The position numbers were made by a program, and so were the translations under genes. Shown here piece after piece: positions 25,650 to 32,000 of a stretch of DNA of 32,000 nt. Where the stretch lies: NCBI GenBank assembly GCA_008932965.1, contig WBXG01000007.1, positions 5,902 through 37,901 on the forward strand, in the 5' to 3' direction. Each line of letters starts with the position of its first letter. Position 1 is the stretch's first letter. Source of the stretch: Verrucomicrobiota bacterium (lineage in GTDB: Bacteria; Verrucomicrobiota; Verrucomicrobiia; Chthoniobacterales; UBA6821). Under the pieces are notes generated by a model. That model was given only the letters and a program-made list of their open reading frames with translations, had not been told where the DNA came from and ran no database searches.

Positions 25650-26681
25650 TCACTTGCTTTTGTCAATATTCTTAACCTGACCCCTGTTTTTCTTGATCCA
25701 GGGAATGGTAGTTCGGAGGCGTTTTCCCACTCTTTCTATGGGATGCTTTTCTCCTTTTTTAAGAAGAGTATGATAATTTTTGCGTCCTTGCTGATCTTCA
25801 TTGATCCAATCTTGGGCAAACTTACCGGATTGAATATGATGAAGCACTTGTTTCATCCGTTTTTTTACTGAAGCATCGATAATTTTTGGTCCTACAGCGA
25901 CATCCCCATATTTTGCTGTTTCAGAAATGGAAGAACGCATCCCGCTAATCCCAGATTCATGAATGAGATCGACGGTCAGTTTTAATTCATGAAGCACTTC
26001 AAAATATGCTATTTCAGGTTGGTAGCCGTGTTCTATGAGTGTTTCAAATCCAGCATGGATAAGAGCACTAATACCACCACAGAGAATGGTTTGTTCACCG
26101 AAAAGATCGGTTTCAGTCTCTTCACGAAAGGTGGTTTCGTAGACACCCGCACGTGTGCTTCCGATCCCCTTGGCCCAAGCGAGGGCCACCGCTTTTGAAT
26201 TTTTAGAAGGATCTTGATGGATGGCAATGAGTGCAGGTACCCCTTCTCCTTTGATAAACTGACGGCGCACTAAATTTCCTGGACCTTTAGGAGCTACCAT
26301 AATCACATTAATCTCTTTTTTAGGAGAAATGGTTTTGTAATGAATCGCAAAGCCATGGCCGAGGAGTATAGTTTTTCCTTCAGTGAGGTGCGGTTCTACC
26401 TCTGTTTGAAAAACAGAAGCTATTTTCAAATCTGGAACTGCTAGAAAAATAATATCAGCTTTTTTGACTGCTTCTGCAGTATCCATGACTTGAAATCCTA
26501 GCTTGGAAGCCACCGAGCGACTTTTACTTTTAGGATAAAGTCCTACTATAATATTGATTCCGCTCTCTTTGAGATTGAGTGCCTGAGCGTGGCCTTGAGA
26601 ACCAAAGCCGATCACAGCGCAACACTTGTTTTTAAGATGTTTTAAGTGAGCATCTTTATTAGTGAAGATTTTAGCAGGCAT
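25650..26681 (-). CDS. ilvC: ketol-acid reductoisomerase (class I)
   Basis: NADPH site GFGSQGHAQALNL, plus LFGEQTILCGG and the C-terminal knotted-domain blocks. Confidence 0.95.
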   Translation of the reverse strand: MPAKIFTNKDAHLKHLKNKCCAVIGFGSQGHAQALNLKESGINIIVGLYPKSKSRSVASKLGFQVMDTAEAVKKADIIFLAVPDLKIASVFQTEVEPHLTEGKTILLGHGFAIHYKTISPKKEINVIMVAPKGPGNLVRRQFIKGEGVPALIAIHQDPSKNSKAVALAWAKGIGSTRAGVYETTFREETETDLFGEQTILCGGISALIHAGFETLIEHGYQPEIAYFEVLHELKLTVDLIHESGISGMRSSISETAKYGDVAVGPKIIDASVKKRMKQVLHHIQSGKFAQDWINEDQQGRKNYHTLLKKGEKHPIERVGKRLRTTIPWIKKNRGQVKNIDKSK

Positions 26682-26794
26682 GTTGAGAGTGTTAAATTCC
26701 AGCTACCATCGGGGAGTGAGGAAGCTTTGTAAAAAACATTCTTAAAAAAAGTTCCGATATCATGGCCTCTGCTTCTACTTTGGTATCTGCAATT

Positions 26795-27931
26795 TTAGGG
26801 AGCAAGTTCTCTGAGTTTTTGAACCACACGTGGAATGATGTTTAATGCATGATCGATTTCTTCTTCTGTGGAAAAACGTCCTACAGAAAAGCGTAGGCTC
26901 GAGCTTACTTCATCATGAGTGAGTCCCATAGCTGAGAGGACATGGGAGGGGGTTTTCGATTTCGTATTGCAGGCAGATCCAGCAGAACAGCAGAGACCTT
27001 CCAGATCTAAAAGGAGTAGTGCCTCCACTGCTTGAATCCCATGAAAGCAGAGGTTGCTTGTATTGGAGAGGCGATTTTTTTTAACTCCATTGAGAGAAAC
27101 TCCTTCTATCTTTTCTAATAATGTTTTTTCTAAGCGATCGCGCAAGGCGCATTCACGCTTCATTTCATGAAGGAGCATCTGGTGTGCTAGTTCTGCTGCT
27201 TTTCCTAAAGCAATGCATGAAGCAACATTCTCGGTGCCACCGCGGCGTCCATTTTCTTGAGAGCCAGGAAAAAGAGGTCTAAAGAGAGTGTGTCGGTGAA
27301 CATAGAGTGCACCAATCCCTTTGGGTGCATAGATTTTGTGACCTGAGAGCGACAGATAATCGATAGGAAGTTTTGATAAATCGATTGGTATTTTTCCGAT
27401 AGCCTGAACTGCATCGAGATGAAGGGTTACTTTTTTTCTTTGTGTGATCTCAATTATTGTTTCTATTGGGAAAATTACGCCCGTTTCATTATTGGCCCAG
27501 ATCAAGGAGAGAAGGGCTGTTGAGGGGGAGATCGCTTCTTCTAATGCATCGAGGGAGAGCATTCCCGAAGAATCAACTGAAAGCTCTGTTATCTCATAGC
27601 CGAGAGTTTCATACTCATGACACAGGTTGCGTGTTGCACTATGTTCTGTGGTGGATGTCACGATATGACGCTTTGATGGATTAGAGCTTAGAGCGGAATG
27701 AAATGCTGTTGCTATTGATTCGGTGGCACCACTTGTGAAAAGTACTTCGCACGAGCGAGCTCCTATCAGTGCTGCTACCTGAGAACGTGCCTCCATAAGG
27801 GCATGAGCTGCTGTTCGTCCAAGAGTGCACATACTGGAGGGATTTCCATACTCCTTTTCCATAAAAGGGAGCATTGCTGCATATACCCCTGGGTCAATAG
27901 GGGTCGTTGCATTGTAGTCAAGGTAAATCAT
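26795..27931 (-). CDS. nifS: cysteine desulfurase (NifS/IscS type)
   Basis: IYLDYNATTP, the PLP lysine in SGHKIYAPKGIGALY, and the active-site loop CCSAGSAC. Confidence 0.9.
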   Translation of the reverse strand: MIYLDYNATTPIDPGVYAAMLPFMEKEYGNPSSMCTLGRTAAHALMEARSQVAALIGARSCEVLFTSGATESIATAFHSALSSNPSKRHIVTSTTEHSATRNLCHEYETLGYEITELSVDSSGMLSLDALEEAISPSTALLSLIWANNETGVIFPIETIIEITQRKKVTLHLDAVQAIGKIPIDLSKLPIDYLSLSGHKIYAPKGIGALYVHRHTLFRPLFPGSQENGRRGGTENVASCIALGKAAELAHQMLLHEMKRECALRDRLEKTLLEKIEGVSLNGVKKNRLSNTSNLCFHGIQAVEALLLLDLEGLCCSAGSACNTKSKTPSHVLSAMGLTHDEVSSSLRFSVGRFSTEEEIDHALNIIPRVVQKLRELAP

Positions 27932-27932
27932 G

Positions 27933-28502
27933 TTACCTCCTAGTAGCAGTGGCCAACACTCGTTGTTCTTTGTGCTGTGGAATGCTTTGACCTTCTCCGC
28001 TTGGTGGGATCGGTTGTGGGGGTAGCGGTCTCATATCGTCTCTACCATGATCCCCCTCTTCTTTGATGTGGGGATCGCAAAAGAGATCGATTGCTAGGAA
28101 TAAAGATTTGGCATGGCGTGCAAAAAAGAAATTAAAAAGAATGATAGGAACGACAACAAGTCCAATCAAATACCAGATAGGAAGGTCATAAAGAGATTCT
28201 AAAATGAGATAAATAATAATTCCAAAAAGGCTTCCTAAGCCGTAATTAATCGCCCAGATAGACATTAAAAAATAACCAGGTTCTCGTTCATAAGGGTAGC
28301 CGCAACGAGTGCAACCATCTAATGGGGTAAACCAGTCACGCAGAGAACGCGTGTTTAATAGTGGAATAAAAATTGGAGAAATTCCACAGAGAGGACAACG
28401 AAGTCGCAGTGCACGCCAAAAATAGAGCGCAGCACTATGTAAAGGGGAAGGAATTTTCACAGGAATAGAGGAGATCACGGAATCATTGAGACCAACGTCC
28501 AT
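27933..28502 (-). CDS. DUF983-like zinc-ribbon membrane protein
   Basis: Two CxxC pairs (CPLCG, CTRCG) followed by two TM helices. Its stop codon is 1 nt from the nifS start. Confidence 0.55.
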   Translation of the reverse strand: MDVGLNDSVISSIPVKIPSPLHSAALYFWRALRLRCPLCGISPIFIPLLNTRSLRDWFTPLDGCTRCGYPYEREPGYFLMSIWAINYGLGSLFGIIIYLILESLYDLPIWYLIGLVVVPIILFNFFFARHAKSLFLAIDLFCDPHIKEEGDHGRDDMRPLPPQPIPPSGEGQSIPQHKEQRVLATATRR

Positions 28503-29211
28503 GAGGCATCAGTGATGGATGCCATGAGGAATCGTCGCTGTTACTATAATCGGTAGGTCCTATCGCACCAATCATCGGTTGCTTGAGACTTCGGTACCAG
28601 CATTTGCTCATACTTTCTCCAGTGTGACATCCCCAGCTTTTAATGAAGGCATGAGGGGCAAAGTCGATCGGACTAATTTCATAGAGCTCCTTTTCATGAA
28701 GCCATGCTTTGGATCCCGTGTCGATTTGATTGCTGTAATCAAACATGAAGCAAGCGCGATTAGAATGACCAAAATATTCAAAATCGACGATCTTAACTTG
28801 GTCGCGTGGCTGACCGTTATTGAGATAATGGATGAGTTGTTGGTGGGAATTAAAGAAAACCAAGTGGAGGTTATATTTTTTTTGAACTGAAATAATATCA
28901 GCAAGGAGGTCTCTTTTTTCTTGGTGAGTACTCCGCCTCTCGTAACTCGGACGATAGACAAGCCAGGTAATCAAAGCATGAGGGCCCTCCTTGGCACGTA
29001 GTTCACTCAGACGAATCCGCGATGCATGGATAAAATTAGCCCACCAATGATCATGGGGTGTTTTTTTAAAACGCTCCCATTCGATAAGCGAAGGACCACC
29101 AGTAACAATCACATATTCCGGTTCAACACTGGTTAGAGGAGCAGCCTGGACGGCCTTGCAAGCAAGCAATAGCAGCAGGACACAAAGGGATAAGAGGCTA
29201 TTTTTTTTCAA
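28483..29211 (-). CDS. secreted hypothetical protein
   Basis: Clear signal peptide (MKKNSLLSLCVLLLLLACKAVQA). No family recognised. Confidence 0.55.
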   Translation of the reverse strand: MKKNSLLSLCVLLLLLACKAVQAAPLTSVEPEYVIVTGGPSLIEWERFKKTPHDHWWANFIHASRIRLSELRAKEGPHALITWLVYRPSYERRSTHQEKRDLLADIISVQKKYNLHLVFFNSHQQLIHYLNNGQPRDQVKIVDFEYFGHSNRACFMFDYSNQIDTGSKAWLHEKELYEISPIDFAPHAFIKSWGCHTGESMSKCWYRSLKQPMIGAIGPTDYSNSDDSSWHPSLMPHGRWSQ

Positions 29212-29325
29212 TTGGAGAGTTTTAAATATTTTTAACTATGAATGAGTAATATTCATTTCTGCTCTTCTAAAAGTCAAGGGATGCTGATTTTTAATCGGGC
29301 CGGTTGCAGCGTGTTCTTTTAGTCA

Positions 29326-29585
29326 TTAGCCCGCATATTTCATACCGATCTACTGCGAAGACCGGGAAGCCAGGATGGATGCTGCGTTGATCTCGAAGTC
29401 CGCCTCGGGCAGTATGAAACATACAGCCGTCATCAAAATACTCATCTGCGTTGACTCGCTCGCTCTCGCTCTTTCAGGGCTTTCTAGGGCTTTCTAGGGC
29501 TTTCTAGGGCTTCTAAAGGCAGTCGGCAGTCTCTCGACCTTCGGTGGTGCCCCTTTAGCCTTAGCGGCCTTCTCGTTACAATCAG
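29326..29585 (-). mobile_element. fold-back element with cassette (29451..29549); right TIR truncated
   Basis: TTAG-CCCGCATATTTCATACCGATCTACTGCGAAGACCGGGAAGCC... The right end stops at ...CTTCTCGTTACAATCAG and lacks the TATGAAATAT part. Confidence 0.85.
29471..29520. repeat. 10-nt tandem repeat (TTTCTAGGGC x3 perfect, plus degenerate flanking units) in the cassette core
   Basis: CTTTCAGGGC TTTCTAGGGC TTTCTAGGGC TTTCTAGGGC TTCTAAAGGC, read directly. Confidence 0.9.
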
Positions 29586-29640
29586 CGCCAATTTTTTAGA
29601 CTAAAATAGTATTTCAGAAGTAAAAAAAAATCTCTCAATG

Positions 29641-30546
29641 TCACATTTTTTGAGATGCTCGGAGTAGTGGGTGTTTTCTTTTTTCTTTCTCAGAGGAAGG
29701 TGATCTTTGAAAGCGCAATGGCACATTCTTTTTTTTAGAAGGGACCACTCGTACTCTCGCTGGTGATGTTGCAGTAGCTTTGACTAGAGTCTCAAGTTCT
29801 TGAGTGGTAAGCTCTCGATATTTTCCTAATCCGAGTTGGCGTAGTTTCAGCGGGCCAAGGCGCGTGCGTACGAGTCGCTTGACATCAAAACCGAGCTGAC
29901 CAAGCATCACACGGATCTGGCGCTTCAAGCCTTGATGCAGGACGAGTTTGATTTTACATGGTCCGAGTTGGGTTACCGATTCAACACGAGCGACCGCTCC
30001 CTCAATCCATGTTCCTTTTTTCAAGGCAGCAGCAGCTTTTTCAGTAAAAGGATGGTCCAAAATCACCTCATATTCTTTATCAATTCCACGTGAGGGATGG
30101 AGGAGCTGCTGAGACAAAGCGCCATCATTGGTGATAAGCAGGAGACCTTCGCTTTCCTTATCCAGGCGGCCAACGTGAAAGAGTGTGGAGGCCTCTGAAG
30201 GAAGAAGATCAAAAATGGTTTTCGCAGCAAAACGATCGGAACGAGTGCAAACATAACCAGCTGGTTTATGCAGCAATAAGTAGCGCAGAGGAGCTTGTCG
30301 TATTTGTTTTCCGTTCACTCGGACATCATCCTGAGGAGCGATTTTTTTTGATAAATTACGACAGAAGCTACCATTAACTGCCACTGAACCCTTGAGGATC
30401 AGTTCTTCCACAGAACGTCGTGACCCAAAACCAGCCGAGGCAAGAAATTTATTAATACGTATCCCATCTAACGCGGATATTTCACGCTGATTAAGACGAG
30501 GAGGCTGCGAAGGCTGATGGGGCTCGGAGAAAAATGGAGTTTTCAA
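29641..30546 (-). CDS. rluB: 23S rRNA pseudouridine synthase (RluB/RsuA family)
   Basis: S4 domain (RINKFLASAGFGSRRSVEELI), catalytic RLDKESEGLLLITNDG, and a basic C-tail. Residues ~9-27 are encoded by repeat fragment 30468..30523. Confidence 0.85.
   Translation of the reverse strand: MKTPFFSEPHQPSQPPRLNQREISALDGIRINKFLASAGFGSRRSVEELILKGSVAVNGSFCRNLSKKIAPQDDVRVNGKQIRQAPLRYLLLHKPAGYVCTRSDRFAAKTIFDLLPSEASTLFHVGRLDKESEGLLLITNDGALSQQLLHPSRGIDKEYEVILDHPFTEKAAAALKKGTWIEGAVARVESVTQLGPCKIKLVLHQGLKRQIRVMLGQLGFDVKRLVRTRLGPLKLRQLGLGKYRELTTQELETLVKATATSPARVRVVPSKKKNVPLRFQRSPSSEKEKRKHPLLRASQKM
30468..30523 (+). repeat. fold-back element family: left-arm fragment embedded in the 5' end of rluB
   Basis: CTAA-CGCGGATATTTCACGCTGATTAAGACGAGGAGGCTGCGAAGGCTGATGGGGC versus the reference CCCAAATATTTCATACTGATCGTGACGAGGAAGCTGCGAAGGGTGATGGGGC. 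Confidence 0.75.
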
Positions 30547-30770
30547 AATAGGAAAGCGTCACTTTGGAAGAGAAAAAACTTTTATCACTCTATTTCTTGT
30601 GACAATCAAGCAACGTAGAATAAGAATGATTTTTTAAAAAAGGGCCACTTCAAGTAAGAGAATACGAGGATGCAAGAAGGTTCAAGCCGATGATAACACC
30701 GGTTCCCCACAGAGGAGTAAACTACTCTTTCGCAGGAGTCTCATTCACTGCAGAGTTATTTTAAATAAGA

Positions 30771-30926
30771 CTAGGCGTCGGGTTTTGTTTTCGGCAACCC
30801 AAGAACTCTTTGTCCCTCTTTCCACTGAGAGCGCTTTTTCAATAAGTCGACGCGTTCAAAACGTTTGAGCACGCTTCGTTTGGCGACAATAGAACTGGAG
30901 CCTTTAAGACTAGGATGTTGACTCAT
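30771..30926 (-). CDS. small basic protein (51 aa), resembling the PVC-group small basic protein family
   Basis: Own translation: MSQHPSLKGSSSIVAKRSVLKRFERVDLLKKRSQWKEGQRVLGLPKTKPDA. It is below the ORF-track size cutoff. From memory it resembles the TIGR04137-type small basic proteins. It is the only long open frame in a 500-nt gap. Confidence 0.55.
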   Translation of the reverse strand: MSQHPSLKGSSSIVAKRSVLKRFERVDLLKKRSQWKEGQRVLGLPKTKPDA

Positions 30927-31053
30927 AAGGGGTGGAGGTTATTCCTAAGCCCCTAAGTAGGGCAAGGAAAAAATGGAATTTATGCTTTAAAAGTGGCGAT
31001 GATTCTAAAAAAGGTCTCATCAAAGGGGAATGGAAGTTTCCTCGAAAGAGTTT

Positions 31054-31599
31054 CTATACCATTCCAAGCTTCATGCGCCCGGCCTCACTGATCATATTTT
31101 GATTCCATGCTGGATCCCATACTAGCTCGACCTCCGCTTCGTCGATTCCTTCAATCGTGAGGATTTTTGCACGGGCATCAGCAGCAATGGTAGGTCCCAT
31201 GCCGCAGCCTGGAGCAGTAAGAGTCATCTTCACATGAGCACGAGTGGAGCCGTTCTCTTGTGGTGTTATGATACAGTCGTAAATCAGGCCTAGATCGACC
31301 ACATTGACAGGAATTTCAGGATCAAAAACCGTTTTGAGTTGTTGCCAAACCGCCTCTTCTAATGTTCCCTCAGGAACTGTTTTGATGGGAGCTACCACTT
31401 CTATTTTTTCCAACCCCAGGGCATCAGCATCCTTTTCATTAATGCGGGCAAGCCCTCCTGGAGTTGCTACTGTATAGGTCCCGCCGAGGGATTGTGTCAC
31501 AATAACTTGAGTGCCTGCTGGAAGGATAAGTGTCGTGCCGCTTGGGATTTGGATGGCGTCACAGTCACGTTTAAGGACAATTTCTTGTGGTGCGTTCAT
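31054..31599 (-). CDS. sufT: Fe-S cluster assembly protein SufT (DUF59/MIP18 C-terminal domain)
   Basis: 181 aa. N-terminal VLKRDCDAIQIPSGT..L.AGT.V.VTQSLGGTYTV, then the DUF59 region FDPEIPVNVVDLGLIY...MTLTAPGCGMG. Confidence 0.75.
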   Translation of the reverse strand: MNAPQEIVLKRDCDAIQIPSGTTLILPAGTQVIVTQSLGGTYTVATPGGLARINEKDADALGLEKIEVVAPIKTVPEGTLEEAVWQQLKTVFDPEIPVNVVDLGLIYDCIITPQENGSTRAHVKMTLTAPGCGMGPTIAADARAKILTIEGIDEAEVELVWDPAWNQNMISEAGRMKLGMV

Positions 31600-31708
31600 A
31601 GATAAAAAGTACTAAAGACAAAGAGATACCGGCATTATTTCATTATAAATATCAGATGAGAATACTTTTCGGAATCACTTAATGCTAGTTTAAACCTCTT
31701 TTTCTAAT

Positions 31709-32000
31709 TCAGTGCTTTGGAATAACCCTAATTTTGATTTTTCCTTGAGGCGGTTGAAGTTGATCCACAAGAGTGGAGGCTAATGCAGTGGATGTTTGAG
31801 AGGAGGGGGCTTTTTTTTCTGGAGCCAGTGCTGCTTGTAAGGCCTCTTCGACGAGCTGGGCGCAATGAATTTTCATAGGAGGCAAGGCTCCAAGGGGGGC
31901 TGAGAGTTCTTGGCTCGAGAGGGCAAGTGCTTCTGAAGCAGTTTTTCCTCGGATCATTTCTGTTGCTAGACTTGCTACGGCAATTGCCGTCTGACACCCA
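31709..32000 (-). CDS. nifU: NifU/IscU-type Fe-S scaffold, C-terminal part (5' end beyond the window)
   Basis: The frame stays open to the window edge: GCQTAIAVASLATEMIRGKTASEALAL...PPMKIHCAQLVEEAL. These are the third-Cys region and the PxxKxHC motif of U-type scaffolds. Confidence 0.75.
   Translation of the reverse strand, partial: GCQTAIAVASLATEMIRGKTASEALALSSQELSAPLGALPPMKIHCAQLVEEALQAALAPEKKAPSSQTSTALASTLVDQLQPPQGKIKIRVIPKH

Noticed and set aside
4497-30523. Whether the recurring 25-mers could be a CRISPR array or CRISPR remnants.
   Set aside because: The repeats occur as inverted pairs, not direct repeats. Their spacing is irregular over tens of kb with housekeeping genes in between, and no cas genes are present.
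1-32000. A prophage, integrative island or defence island in the window.
   Set aside because: No integrase, transposase, phage structural genes, restriction-modification, toxin-antitoxin or other recognisable defence genes were found. All long ORFs are housekeeping, envelope or hypothetical genes.

Overview
This is a chromosomal, mostly housekeeping window from a moderately AT-rich bacterium. The gene content includes a DapL-type lysine pathway, a GT9 heptosyltransferase, a STAS/PP2C pair and a short very basic protein. This fits the PVC group/Verrucomicrobia best, but that is inference only. I call 33 protein-coding genes: ppk, a glycan-synthesis cluster, STAS-PP2C-grpE, dnaJ, sod, dapL, queE, a GT9 gene, a DD-carboxypeptidase, pfk, clpS-ybeY, fbaB, ilvC, nifS, rluB, sufT, nifU and others. 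I also call one tRNA-Gln(CUG) and one truncated ROK-kinase remnant. The unusual content lies between the genes. At least 16 copies or fragments of one family of fold-back, MITE-like elements are present. They carry about 25-bp terminal inverted repeats and are flanked by YTAR tetranucleotides; by my coordinates they cover roughly 7 percent of the window. Several copies carry a nested GC-rich cassette with conserved ends and a hypervariable core. That core is a hairpin of unrelated sequence in different copies, or a 10-11-mer tandem repeat. One such cassette sits beside tRNA-Gln between 75-bp direct repeats that duplicate the tRNA 3' half. The elements also touch coding sequence. Their flanks coincide with three host stop codons, one supplies a C-terminal tail, one supplies an N-terminal leader, and one truncates a gene. 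No transposase, integrase, CRISPR array or recognisable defence genes are in the window. I could not run database searches, so any claim of novelty for the repeat family is untested.
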